Below, one piece after another: positions 8,197 to 17,539 of a stretch of DNA of 64,000 bases. Positions within the stretch are counted from its first letter, which is position 1; each line of letters begins with the position of its first letter. Location of the stretch: assembly GCA_040772725.1 (NCBI GenBank), contig JAXGXR010000002.1:477635-541634 (forward strand), written 5' to 3'. The notes beneath the pieces were generated by a model. The model was not told where the DNA came from. It saw nothing but the letters and a program-made list of their open reading frames with translations, and did no database searches. The translations under genes were made by a program, and so were the position numbers. The stretch is from Clostridia bacterium (GTDB lineage Bacteria; Bacillota; Clostridia; Saccharofermentanales; UBA5734).

Positions 8197-10611
8197 ATGA
8201 ACCGTCCCGTTCGCCATCCTCGTTTCGCCTGCCTGGTGCTTTCGATCCTTCTGGTCCTCACCCTGCTGCTTTCATCATGCAGCCAAAAGAGCACCCCGTC
8301 CTCCTCCGCTAACACCACTAAAGCGAGCCAAATCACGACCGTTACCGATACGCCAAAACCGTCCAGCCTGAGCGGTCAACTGATTCAGGCAATCCCTCAG
8401 GCTCAATCACCTGAGCAGCGGGAACAGGCAGTCAAAAGTCTAGTTCAGGCAGGTTTTTCACTTGGCCTGATTGACGCAAGCGGCCAGCAACTGAACACCA
8501 ACACGCCAAACGCGCCGGTCAGCATAGGGCCTGATGGACTGGAAGTTTACACCATGCTGGCTGCCGATGGTGCCGGTCGACCGCTTGGCTCGGTCATTGA
8601 TTTCCTTCAGGCTTCCGGCGTCGTTCTCGATGCGACACAAAAAGCAATCGACATCGATTCGCTGCTGCCGGATATTCAGCAATACGTCGACTGGTCATTT
8701 GAAAATCAGAATGACCCCAAAGCCACCCTCGGCCTGTTGCTGTCATCCGGTCCCGTGATGCAAATACCCACCTCCGCACCGAAACTGTCCGCAGCAAGTT
8801 GGATATCGCCGCTGGCCGGAATCCTCCTCATGGCGGACATCCTGATCGGAATACCTGACCCGGCCCCGGAAAAGGCGGATACCGGCAACCGGGTCTCACT
8901 GGCCAAACTTTGGACAGCCCAACCGGTCGCAGCTTCCGGACTGCAAGACACCGCCAAGTCCCTCCAGGGCCTGATCACCGTCATCACCCCTTTTCTACCG
9001 GAAAATCTAAAAATCCCCGATATGGTCCATACAATCCTGAATGCTTTTGCCCTCGGCGACCGCATCGTCCTCCGCACCGTGGATCCGGATGATTTAGGTT
9101 TTGATTCCGCGCAGGACATCCGTTCGATTGAGTTGAAACCAGCACTTAACCAAGGGGTGTGGCTGGCTCCGATCATGATGCTGCTCCCATCAAGGACGTT
9201 CCTGCAAGGACCCGAGATGACCGTCACAGCCGACCTGGTCTCCCCAAGCCGCGCGTTAGGCAGCGCAGCGGGCACCTTGTACCCCGACGCAGACGCTCGT
9301 TTTTTCAATCAGAAGGGTCACAACCCGTCCATCGAATTGGACGGACACCGGCTCATAGTCAGCGGCCGGCCGCCCAATGATCCGGTCATTTTTTCCGTTG
9401 TCCGCACACTGTCTGATAACCATGAAAAAAAGGCGGCCCTGCTCTATGCGACAGCGGAGATCAAATTGCCTCAGCTTTCAGAAGTTCTTGCCAAGTATGA
9501 CGAGGAACTTTCAAAACTGGGATTGCTGGCACAAGGAGGCATCGAGACCGTTCTGCCGCGCGAGCAAGTGGAAAAATATTTCCGTGACATCGAGTCAGGG
9601 CTTCAGGTCGCCGCCCTGGCCTACCCGGTCATCCTGCTGCCCCGTAGCCAGGAAGCAGCGCTTTCCTTCAAATCGGAAGGCACCCAGATCAGCGGTTTGC
9701 CGAACCGCTTCATACCGTTGCCCGACGGATTGGATAAAACCTGGCCGGCCCAGTATGAATGGGTGTGGGCATGGGGAGACGGCTCACCAGAAACCATATC
9801 GACCCGCTTGGATCGTCCAACCCACACCTACGACAGCCCTGGTACATACACCATCTGGCTTCGCGCCCGCAATCCCGCCACAAAAGAAATCCTGGCCACA
9901 GTCGAACAACAACTGGAGATCCAGGAACTTGCGGCAATTACGGAACGGACTGAGACGGGCATTTCTTACCATCTGTTCGAAGAAAAGGACGCCCAAATTC
10001 CCGTGCTGCTAGATGAACAGCTGTCCCTCACAGACTACTCAAGACTGAATCTGTGCAGCTTCGAAGCACCAGAACCCAGTTGGTCCGCTTTCCCGAACCT
10101 CTATGTCACACACAAAGGCCAGATCCTGAATTATGCACCACCCAACCTGCCGCCTGTCTACCTCAACCGAACGATCCGCATGAAAATCCGGTATGCCAAC
10201 GAACTGATGAAATCCTCTGTCAAATATGCTCACGGCCAGGACACCGGCACACTGCTGGGTAACGAATGGATCGCCACCACGGCGTCCAGCAAGAAACAAT
10301 ATGACCAGATCATCCAGATGGCACAAACAAACCAGCAATCGCGACTGGTCGAAAACAGCCTTGATGAAAACCACATGCGCTTCATCTACATGAACAGCGC
10401 CAGAAGCGAACTGCAAATGAACAACAGCTACGTTGCAGCCCATGTCGAGCGATACGGCTCCTGCATCATCGAAATCCACATGAACGATGCGAGCCCGGAT
10501 GACGGATCGGTTCAGACACTGCTGAACGCCATGGTCGATTACGCCCACAATCTGGCTGATAAGGCGGAAGGTCATGCCGGACGATACATCCAGGCATTTG
10601 ACCGGCCATAA
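8197..10611 (+). CDS. Large lipoprotein with a PKD domain; unknown function
   Basis: Signal peptide plus lipobox (LLLSSC). PKD-like segment WAWGDGSPETISTRLDRPTHTYDSPGTYTIWLRARN. GGAGGGA RBS. Confidence 0.7.
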   Translation: MNRPVRHPRFACLVLSILLVLTLLLSSCSQKSTPSSSANTTKASQITTVTDTPKPSSLSGQLIQAIPQAQSPEQREQAVKSLVQAGFSLGLIDASGQQLNTNTPNAPVSIGPDGLEVYTMLAADGAGRPLGSVIDFLQASGVVLDATQKAIDIDSLLPDIQQYVDWSFENQNDPKATLGLLLSSGPVMQIPTSAPKLSAASWISPLAGILLMADILIGIPDPAPEKADTGNRVSLAKLWTAQPVAASGLQDTAKSLQGLITVITPFLPENLKIPDMVHTILNAFALGDRIVLRTVDPDDLGFDSAQDIRSIELKPALNQGVWLAPIMMLLPSRTFLQGPEMTVTADLVSPSRALGSAAGTLYPDADARFFNQKGHNPSIELDGHRLIVSGRPPNDPVIFSVVRTLSDNHEKKAALLYATAEIKLPQLSEVLAKYDEELSKLGLLAQGGIETVLPREQVEKYFRDIESGLQVAALAYPVILLPRSQEAALSFKSEGTQISGLPNRFIPLPDGLDKTWPAQYEWVWAWGDGSPETISTRLDRPTHTYDSPGTYTIWLRARNPATKEILATVEQQLEIQELAAITERTETGISYHLFEEKDAQIPVLLDEQLSLTDYSRLNLCSFEAPEPSWSAFPNLYVTHKGQILNYAPPNLPPVYLNRTIRMKIRYANELMKSSVKYAHGQDTGTLLGNEWIATTASSKKQYDQIIQMAQTNQQSRLVENSLDENHMRFIYMNSARSELQMNNSYVAAHVERYGSCIIEIHMNDASPDDGSVQTLLNAMVDYAHNLADKAEGHAGRYIQAFDRP

Positions 10612-10619
10612 ACACTGAA

Positions 10620-10699
10620 ATGCCCAAACGATGCCAGGCACCAAACCGCCACGATCGTTGGCGTCAAAAAGGGAGACTGTCCAAGCGGACAGCCTCCCT
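10620..10699. repeat. Intergenic repeat copy C (ATGCCCAAACGATGCCAGGCACCAAACCGCC) plus hairpin GGGAGACTGTCC-AAGC-GGACAGCCTCCC
   Basis: Same motif-plus-hairpin layout as 7964-8050, starting directly after the stop codon of the preceding gene. Confidence 0.65.
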
Positions 10700-10751
10700 A
10701 CGGATTTGGTACCGGGTACCAAATTGGAAGTTGGGACCAAATGCTTATCTC

Positions 10752-12821
10752 TTATCCGAGAATCATGACATCCAGATGCAGGGTGAAGTAGATCGGCCCG
10801 GCAAAGGTGGCGACTGACTTTTTCATCATCAGGATCTGCTCAAGGCCGTTGGCGCTGACCCGGAAGGGGTAGCGGCCGGGGGAGGCGCCGGGCATAGATG
10901 TGCCCGCATAGACCTGGGCGTCTTTCGTGGTCATGACACCATCGGCTAGTTCTATTTTGACCGATACGGTGCCATTCATCATGTAGTGAACGTGAACAGA
11001 ACCAACCAGTGTGCCTTTGCTGAGGTCATTCTGACCGGCACCGGCCCAGAGCTCGAGGTGACGTTCGTCACCGGGAGACAGGCGGCTGAACCAGCCCCAC
11101 TGGCTGCTGATGCCTTCGTCTTTGAAGGTGTAGTCACCGAATGCCCACGCTGTCTCAGAGCCGGGCAAGACATAAGTGTTTGTGACGGTCACGTCGGTGA
11201 TGCCGTTCGGGCTCACCGCGTGAGGTCCGGCGGGAACGGATTGCAGCCAGGATGCACCGGAATCCATCTCCTCGACCGTGTAGTCACCGGGGATCAGGTT
11301 GTTCCAGGTGTATTGCTGCCCATCTGTGGTGAAATCAACCCAATCCGAGCCGGCCGGGTAGGAGGGACCCCAGATGCGGATCTTGAAGGTCGGGATCGTG
11401 ATCATCGCCGGATCTACGCTGCCCAGGACGATGTCCTTGGTAACGCGCAGCGATCCGGGTACGTAGGTGTTGGTGACGGTGACATCCGTCCGGTTGTCCG
11501 CTGTCACGGCATGCGGGCCGGCCGGGACGGATTCGTTCCAAAGCGCGCCGGCTTCCTCTTCATAAACGGTGTAGTCACCGGGTATCAGGTTTTCCCACGT
11601 GTACTGCTGTCCATCGGAGGTGAATTCAACCCAGGACGAGCCATTCGGGTAGGATGGTCCTTGGATTTTGATATTAAAACTAAAAGGTCCGACCGCGTCC
11701 GGATTGACGACATTACCCAGGACGATGTCCTTGGTGACACGCAGCGACCCCGGGACGTAGGTATTGGTGACGGTGACATCCGTCCGGTTGCCCGCAGTCA
11801 CAGCATGAGGGCCGGCCGGGACGGATTCGTTCCAGAGGACACCGGCTTCTTCTTCCTCAACGGTATAGTCGCCGGGAATCAGGTTTTCCCATGTATGGTA
11901 CTGACCATCGGTGGTGAAATCGACCCATGCGGAGCCATCCGGATAGGACGGTCCCCAGATGCGGATTTTGAAAGTGGGGATAGTCACAGCGTCCGGATTG
12001 ACGACATTACCCAGTTCGATGTCCTTGGTGACACGCAGGGAACCGGGTACGTAGGTGTTGGTGACGTTGACATCCGTCCGGTTGCCCGAAGTGACGTTAT
12101 GAGGACCGGCTGGAACCGACTCGTTCCAGAGTGGGCCGGCTTCCTGCTCGATGACCGTATAGGGTCCCGGAAGCAAATTCTCCCACGTGTACGCCTGCCC
12201 ATCGGTGGTGAAATCAACCCAGGCTGATCCATCCGGGTAGGACGGCCCCATGATCTTGATCTTGAAAGTCGGTATGATGACCGCATCAGGATTCACGACA
12301 TTACCCAGGACGATGTCCTTGGTGACTTTCAGTGACCCGAGCGGCGGCTTTTCAAAACGGAAATCCAGATGGCTGATGCCGGGAATCTGGCCATTTGACA
12401 TTGTTGGCGAAACCAGGTTGCTGTCGTTATTTGTCTGTGGATCATAGTTGTAGATGTTGGCGTCCGGACCGCCTTTCACGACAACGGTCGCGACGATTTT
12501 GTAATCATCTTCTGTCCAGAATCGTACATACTGAGATCCTGAAGAGGACGGATCCCCCCAGGTTCCATAGACCTCATAGTAGAAGGTGTAATTCATGCCA
12601 TCGATGGGCACATTCAGCGAGTAGGTCACTCCTGAAACTGGTGCACTCGGCGTCTTGAAGGTGTAGCCTGTCGCCGAGGTCAATGCTGGTGGATTGCCCA
12701 TATAATAGGTGGGTGTGACCTTGGGTCCGTCATTGGACGGGAGGGTTGTGACCGCAAGGACGGTCATTACTGACAGAGCCATAATAAGCAGGGAAATCAT
12801 GATCGAACCCACATTCAACAC
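10752..12821 (-). CDS. Secreted Cna-B/SpaA-type repeat surface protein, 5'-truncated by an IS insertion (functionally probably a pseudogene)
   Basis: Four diverged ~98-aa repeats (GSLRVTKDI...GDYTVEEEEAG...TVTNTYVP). The C-terminal ~150-aa domain is shared with the 1,477-aa paralogue. The first 5 codons of the ORF-track model (GTG at 12821) lie inside the IS inverted repeat. The native start and RBS are at 15023, on the far side of the IS. Confidence 0.75.
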   Translation of the reverse strand: MLNVGSIMISLLIMALSVMTVLAVTTLPSNDGPKVTPTYYMGNPPALTSATGYTFKTPSAPVSGVTYSLNVPIDGMNYTFYYEVYGTWGDPSSSGSQYVRFWTEDDYKIVATVVVKGGPDANIYNYDPQTNNDSNLVSPTMSNGQIPGISHLDFRFEKPPLGSLKVTKDIVLGNVVNPDAVIIPTFKIKIMGPSYPDGSAWVDFTTDGQAYTWENLLPGPYTVIEQEAGPLWNESVPAGPHNVTSGNRTDVNVTNTYVPGSLRVTKDIELGNVVNPDAVTIPTFKIRIWGPSYPDGSAWVDFTTDGQYHTWENLIPGDYTVEEEEAGVLWNESVPAGPHAVTAGNRTDVTVTNTYVPGSLRVTKDIVLGNVVNPDAVGPFSFNIKIQGPSYPNGSSWVEFTSDGQQYTWENLIPGDYTVYEEEAGALWNESVPAGPHAVTADNRTDVTVTNTYVPGSLRVTKDIVLGSVDPAMITIPTFKIRIWGPSYPAGSDWVDFTTDGQQYTWNNLIPGDYTVEEMDSGASWLQSVPAGPHAVSPNGITDVTVTNTYVLPGSETAWAFGDYTFKDEGISSQWGWFSRLSPGDERHLELWAGAGQNDLSKGTLVGSVHVHYMMNGTVSVKIELADGVMTTKDAQVYAGTSMPGASPGRYPFRVSANGLEQILMMKKSVATFAGPIYFTLHLDVMILG
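11160..12338 (-). repeat. Four diverged in-frame tandem repeats (~294 bp each) encoding Cna-B-like domains
   Basis: Periodicity is visible in the translated protein. The copies differ at many positions, unlike the paralogue at 19741-22711. Confidence 0.7.
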
Positions 12822-12919
12822 CTAAAATGACCTAAAATTCGGATAATTTCTAACCGCTGTCACAAGCGGTTTTCATTTTCCGGCTTGTACATCACTAATA
12901 ATAGTGGTATACTTGAATC

Positions 12920-13255
12920 ATGTCAAGCGAAACGATTCAGAAACTAATGGAACGGCGCCAGCGGCTTGTTGAAGAGCTGACACAGCATGCTGCCGTGCTG
13001 CACGGAACCTGGGTGGAACGCTACACCGTTTGCACCCGACCCAACTGTGCGTGTCATCGCGGTGAAAAACACGGACCACGTTATCATCTGGCGGTCATGG
13101 AAAACGGCAAACAGCGACAGCACTATATCCGTCTGGCTCAGCGGGAGCAGGCATTGAAGGGGCTGGAGCATAATCGGATCATCGAGGAAATTTTACAGGA
13201 GATCACAAAGATTAACCTCGAGCTCATGAAAGAGGATGCGTATGGAGCGGACTGA
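12920..13255 (+). CDS. IS-associated small protein (DUF6788-like, Cys-rich)
   Basis: 111 aa with a CTRPNCACHRGEKHGPRYHL motif. Overlaps the transposase start by 20 nt. By recollection this arrangement is seen upstream of IS1634-family transposases. Confidence 0.6.
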   Translation: MSSETIQKLMERRQRLVEELTQHAAVLHGTWVERYTVCTRPNCACHRGEKHGPRYHLAVMENGKQRQHYIRLAQREQALKGLEHNRIIEEILQEITKINLELMKEDAYGAD

Positions 13256-14966
13256 ACAGGATATCAACCCTTTACTGGCGTCACTGAAGGATGTCGAAGT
13301 TTACCAGCATGGTCATTTACCGCTGGCTGCCGCTTATTGCCGGCAGCTGCAATTGGCCGAAACCATCAATACGCTTGTCCCGTCCGAGATGCAGCTGTCA
13401 CCGGGGATGGCGGTGACGGCCATGGTCTTGGACGTGTTGTCCGGACGCAGTCCACTGTATCATGTCAAAGACTTTCTGGCCGGGCAGGATCGTGAGCTTC
13501 TGTTAGGCGAAGATCTGGACCCGGAACGCTTTGGCGACTATACGCTGGCTCGATCGCTGGACGCCGTAGCGGCGTATGGCACAGGCAAGATTGTGACCGA
13601 ACTGGGCATTCGGGCGGTGCAGCAGTTTCAGCTGGACACATCCGCGATCAGTTTTGACACAACCTCCACGAGCGTATGGGGTGAATATGAGCGTGACGAT
13701 AACGAAGCGGGCCCCCTGATCACACTCGGGCATAGCAAGGATCACCAACCTCAGCTCAAACAGTTCATGACCGAATTGCTCTGCGTCGACCGAGGGGTTC
13801 CCATTTTCAGCCGGATAGTGGACGGTAATGCTTCAGACAAGAAACTGAATAATGAAATGCTGCAGCGTATCGGCAAGCTCATGAAGGCGCACGGACTGGG
13901 TCCTGGCGCTTTTATCTATGTGGCCGACTCGGCGATGGTCACTCAAGAGAATCTGGCGCTGCTAAATGGCCATCGGTTTATCTCGCGGTTACCCGCCAAT
14001 TTCGCCGTCTGTGACCGGGCGATTCAGGAAGCGGTCGCGAGGGATGACTGGAGTGATATCCAGGTTCTACAGGAGATCGCACCGTCCCCTAAACGCCCGC
14101 CTGCACGTTATAAGGCCTATGAAACGACCGTTGAGATTGACGGCAACGTCTACCGTGCGGTGGTTGTTCACTCCAGTGCGCATGACAAACGCCGGCAGAA
14201 AAAAGTCGAAAAACAGTTGGAAGCCGCACGCAGTGCACTGGAAAAAGACCTGCGCAAACGGCAGACCGAGTTCTTCTGCGAGGCCGATGCGCAGCGTGCG
14301 ATTGACGCAGCGTACCGGCGCAAAGGTGCTTTGTACACGCTCAACGGTGAAATACAGGCCGTTGCGGTCCGCCGACCGGGCAGACCGCCGAAAGATCAGC
14401 CGGCGCCGACTGTGCAGCGATACCTTGTGACTTGGTCAATCGAAGAAAACACGGCGGCCATCGACGAACTGATTAATCTGGCCGGGTGTTTTGTTCTGTT
14501 GACCAATGTTCCCCGAACAGGGCCGGATGGCTTGGACAGCTTCGGCGTGCTGCGCACGTACAAAGGCCAGTATGGTGTGGAAAATGACTTTGCCTTTCTC
14601 AAGGATCCGCTGGTCGTCAATGATTTGTTCTTGAAAACACCGGCGAGGATCGATGCGCTGGGCATGATTCTGGTTCTAGCTCTGCTCATCGCACGGCTGA
14701 TGGAGGTTCGCATGCGCCGGTTTCTTAAAGAATCTGACGAAACCGTCATCGGCTTGCATGAAGTCAAGACCACTAAACCGACTTTTTATGCGATGACCTG
14801 TGTCATTTTGCATATTCAAGTCTTTGCTCTCAATCACCAGCGCGTCTTGAAAAATCCTCCTTCTGCACGGCAAACTCAGTTTCTCAGAGCGCTTGGTCTG
14901 GACCAGTCTGCCTTTGTTGATCCCCAAAGCAAACCCACATTAATTGTTCGGAATCAGGTGCGCTAA
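13236..14966 (+). CDS. IS1634-family (IS4-related DDE) transposase
   Basis: 576 aa. The N-terminus (YQHGHLPLAAAYCRQLQLAETINTLVP) and a DDE-type core (ISFDTTSTSVWG, YVADSAM, YKGQYGVENDFAFLK) resemble IS1634/IS4 transposases. The stop is 2 nt before IRR. Confidence 0.8.
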   Translation: MRMERTEQDINPLLASLKDVEVYQHGHLPLAAAYCRQLQLAETINTLVPSEMQLSPGMAVTAMVLDVLSGRSPLYHVKDFLAGQDRELLLGEDLDPERFGDYTLARSLDAVAAYGTGKIVTELGIRAVQQFQLDTSAISFDTTSTSVWGEYERDDNEAGPLITLGHSKDHQPQLKQFMTELLCVDRGVPIFSRIVDGNASDKKLNNEMLQRIGKLMKAHGLGPGAFIYVADSAMVTQENLALLNGHRFISRLPANFAVCDRAIQEAVARDDWSDIQVLQEIAPSPKRPPARYKAYETTVEIDGNVYRAVVVHSSAHDKRRQKKVEKQLEAARSALEKDLRKRQTEFFCEADAQRAIDAAYRRKGALYTLNGEIQAVAVRRPGRPPKDQPAPTVQRYLVTWSIEENTAAIDELINLAGCFVLLTNVPRTGPDGLDSFGVLRTYKGQYGVENDFAFLKDPLVVNDLFLKTPARIDALGMILVLALLIARLMEVRMRRFLKESDETVIGLHEVKTTKPTFYAMTCVILHIQVFALNHQRVLKNPPSARQTQFLRALGLDQSAFVDPQSKPTLIVRNQVR

Positions 14967-14982
14967 GGGTGTTGAATGTGGG

Positions 14983-15023
14983 ATCGAAGTCCCTTTTTTA
15001 GCAATAATTCTTGAATGCGTCAT
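14983..15023 (-). pseudogene. Orphaned native 5' end (start codon plus about 13 codons) of the IS-disrupted surface-protein gene
   Basis: Minus strand reads AAAGGAGCGAAACGACC-ATG ACG CAT TCA AGA ATT ATT GCT AAA AAA GGG ACT TCG AT. Joined across the target duplication it continues in frame as MTHSRIIAKKGTSIMISLLIMALSV..., a canonical signal peptide. Confidence 0.8.
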
Positions 15024-15485
15024 GGTCGTTTCGCTCCTTTCGTAGAGTGTCTTGAGCCTTGCTCAAATGTCGAATGATGCTTGAAAGGGAAATAAAAAAG
15101 CACGTTCAATCAAGTGATCGTTTGTGGCTGCTGCTGGCGTATAGTCGCCTGCCGCGGCCCGATCCCTTGATTGTCCATGCCTGTCACCGGTGCTTCCGGT
15201 GTCACGCGATCAACAATTCAAGTGATGATGTATTTTCAAAAACGAACGGTCATTTCTGCTTGCGCAATTACCGATACCGATATTTGAATGATAACATTGT
15301 CAGCGTAAAATATCAATATATTTCTGATGGTTTATTTATACTATACGTATAATGACATCATGTTAAAAGATACATGAACTGAATATGGTCATAAGTGCAT
15401 CAGGGTTATTTCTGGTTTTTCGCCAATCGATTTTCCAACTGTGGATGGATTTCAGCGAGCCACGAATCAGGGTCTGCTAACAGAA

Positions 15486-15932
15486 TCACTCCTCTTTTCT
15501 CGTATGATCTCTGTCGAAAACCTGATTGGCCAATCTCGCAACAGGTCCGCCTTTTTCCGGTGGTTTTTTATCATTTTCATTTTTGGCCACTTCGTCATTT
15601 TGCTCGCAAGCCTTGCGCTCCGTCTTGATCTCCCAGTGGATCAGGATCGCCATGAAAGCTCGCAGGAGGATGATCGATGCCACGATCGCAATCTCAGTCA
15701 TGTCACGGACGATGACCGTGCGGAGAATCTCGCCGGCGAGCTTGAACTCAAGGCTGGTCGCCATGGCCTGAGCAAAGCGTAACCGGATATCAGTCTCGCC
15801 CTTGAGATAACCGTAAAACGAGCGAAATCCGGCGGCCACAATGACGATGATGCCCATCGCTTCCAGGACAATGATGATCACATCGACGATATTGATCAGG
15901 ATACCGGTCACGGACAACCAAAACTCACTCAT
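15486..15932 (-). CDS. Small membrane protein (DUF1622-like)
   Basis: 148 aa with 3-4 hydrophobic helices and a charged C-terminal tail. GGAGG RBS. Confidence 0.6.
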   Translation of the reverse strand: MSEFWLSVTGILINIVDVIIIVLEAMGIIVIVAAGFRSFYGYLKGETDIRLRFAQAMATSLEFKLAGEILRTVIVRDMTEIAIVASIILLRAFMAILIHWEIKTERKACEQNDEVAKNENDKKPPEKGGPVARLANQVFDRDHTRKEE

Positions 15933-15997
15933 GTGCAGGCCTCCGATTTCGCTTATAATAATCCCATTATAGCAAGGATTCGTCAGGAGTACCGTCT

Positions 15998-16408
15998 ATG
16001 AAACAGTTCGACATGCAGTTCCGAGTCCGATACGCCGAAACCGACGCCATGGGCATCGTCCATCACGCCGTCTACCCCGTCTGGTTTGAAATGGGCCGCA
16101 CGGAATACCTGCGGGCGGTCGGCCTGCCCTATCGGGAAATGGAAGAGCGCGGCGTGCAAAGCCCGGTGATCGCGCTGCATGTGCGCTATTTGAAGCCGGC
16201 CCGTTATGACGACCTGCTGACACTGACGGTCAAGGTCACCCGATATACGGGGGTTCGGCTGACGCTGCACTATGAGGTGTACCGGGAAGAGGTACTGCTG
16301 TGCACAGGCGAAAGTGAGCATGCGTTTTTGTGTGCGGGAAAGGCGACGGCCCTGCAAAGGAGCGAGCCGGAGATGCATGCGGTGATGATGGGGTGCGTGG
16401 GGGAGTGA
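15998..16408 (+). CDS. Acyl-CoA thioesterase, YbgC/4HBT hot-dog family
   Basis: N-terminal RVRYAETDAMGIVHHAVYPVWFEMGRTEYL is the YbgC/FadM-type signature with the catalytic Asp. Confidence 0.8.
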   Translation: MKQFDMQFRVRYAETDAMGIVHHAVYPVWFEMGRTEYLRAVGLPYREMEERGVQSPVIALHVRYLKPARYDDLLTLTVKVTRYTGVRLTLHYEVYREEVLLCTGESEHAFLCAGKATALQRSEPEMHAVMMGCVGE

Positions 16409-16464
16409 GGTGGGAGAATTCCAATTCAGTTTCAGGATTATTATTATCGTATATTTGACTATGT

Positions 16465-17466
16465 TTACGGACCACCTATATTTTTCCAGTCACTGACATC
16501 GCATTGGTTATACTGATTATTGCCAACTGCTACGACTGAACCATCGCTCTTCAAACCGACCGTATGATCGTATCCGGCCGATATGGCGATGATATCCTGC
16601 CATGAAGATACGTTACATTGACCGTATTCATTGTTGCCCACAGCAACGATGGTACCATCTTTTTTCAATCCTACAGAATGAAACATACCCCCTGAAATGG
16701 ACACAATATCTGTCCATGTTGAGACATTGCATTGTCCTTCTTTGTTATCACCTGTGGCTAAAACAGATCCATCTGCATTTAGTCCTAAGGTATGGAAAAA
16801 GCCGGCGCTAATGGCCGTCATGTTCTTCCAATCATTTATATTACATTGGCCATACTGATTGTCGCCAGTTGCTATTGCAGCGCCAGAATGGGTCAATGCA
16901 ACTGTGTGAGCATAACCAGCTGAAATGGTAGAAATATTCTTCCAGTTTGACACGTCACATTGAAGATGCTCATTCCAACCCACCGCTACAACGGTTCTAT
17001 CACTTCTTAATCCAACTGTATGGGCAACACCAGCAGCGATCGCAATGGTCTGTTGCCAATCTTCCACATTCAATTGACCATTTTCGTTGTATCCGACTGC
17101 TACTACCGTCCCATCATTCTTCAATCCTAAAATGTGGCCACCACCTGCAGAAACGGATACGATGTCTTTCCAGTTCGGTGTGTTTTTGACATAATGAAAG
17201 CCGACAGCTGACACTGTACCGTCTAATTTACGGCCGATCGACAAACCAACTTTGGCATAACCTCTGGCAGAAATGGCCTGAGGATTGCTGAACACAAAGT
17301 GCTGATTTTGGGGGTTTGAAACAACTGGTGTATTGGATTTATGGATATCACTTGAGCCTATTGTGGTAGATTCCGATTGGACTGTATCTGAACATGATGT
17401 AACCATGAAAATCATAAGAATAAACATTGGGATAAATAGTTGCACAAGTTGTCGATAAATTTTCAT
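16465..17466 (-). CDS. RCC1-like repeat (beta-propeller) lipoprotein
   Basis: Seven or more ~38-aa repeats (ISAG..HTVGLK.DGTVVAVG.N.YGQC.VS.W). Start set at the ATG at 17466 (MKIYRQLVQLFIPMFILMIFMVTSC), giving a signal peptide plus lipobox. Visibly lower GC than its neighbours. Confidence 0.75.
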   Translation of the reverse strand: MKIYRQLVQLFIPMFILMIFMVTSCSDTVQSESTTIGSSDIHKSNTPVVSNPQNQHFVFSNPQAISARGYAKVGLSIGRKLDGTVSAVGFHYVKNTPNWKDIVSVSAGGGHILGLKNDGTVVAVGYNENGQLNVEDWQQTIAIAAGVAHTVGLRSDRTVVAVGWNEHLQCDVSNWKNISTISAGYAHTVALTHSGAAIATGDNQYGQCNINDWKNMTAISAGFFHTLGLNADGSVLATGDNKEGQCNVSTWTDIVSISGGMFHSVGLKKDGTIVAVGNNEYGQCNVSSWQDIIAISAGYDHTVGLKSDGSVVAVGNNQYNQCDVSDWKNIGGP

Positions 17467-17539
17467 ATTTATAGTCATTCCTTTCGCTACGCTCAGGCAC
17501 AAAAAGTCATTAAAATACTGCACCAGGCGTGATATTATT

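Larger units (their letters stand above)
12808..14982 (+). mobile_element. IS1634-family insertion sequence (2,175 bp) with 15-bp terminal inverted repeats and a 6-bp target-site duplication
   Basis: IRL CCCACATTCAACACC (12808-12822) and IRR GGTGTTGAATGTGGG (14968-14982) are perfect reverse complements. They are flanked by the direct repeat ATCGAA (12802-12807 and 14983-14988). The element holds two ORFs typical of this IS family. Confidence 0.85.

Noticed and set aside
10986-12227. 413-aa plus-strand ORF overlapping the 689-aa surface-protein gene
   Set aside because: It is an antisense shadow ORF inside the repeat region, with an Arg/Gly/Asp-rich nonsense composition. The minus-strand protein has clear domain structure.
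15024-15480. A c-di-GMP riboswitch upstream of the IS-disrupted paralogue, by analogy with the giant gene
   Set aside because: The minus-strand leader contains hairpins (for example CACCGG-AAGCA-CCGGTG), but nothing matches the TGGACGC...AGTAGCGTAACCG core or the GEMM-I signature.
15059-15782. ORFs 15059-15352, 15395-15628 and 15441-15782 on the plus strand
   Set aside because: The first lies in the AT-rich stretch that is the orphaned promoter/leader of the IS-disrupted gene. The others are antisense to, or overlap, the DUF1622-like gene. None has an RBS or a recognisable motif.
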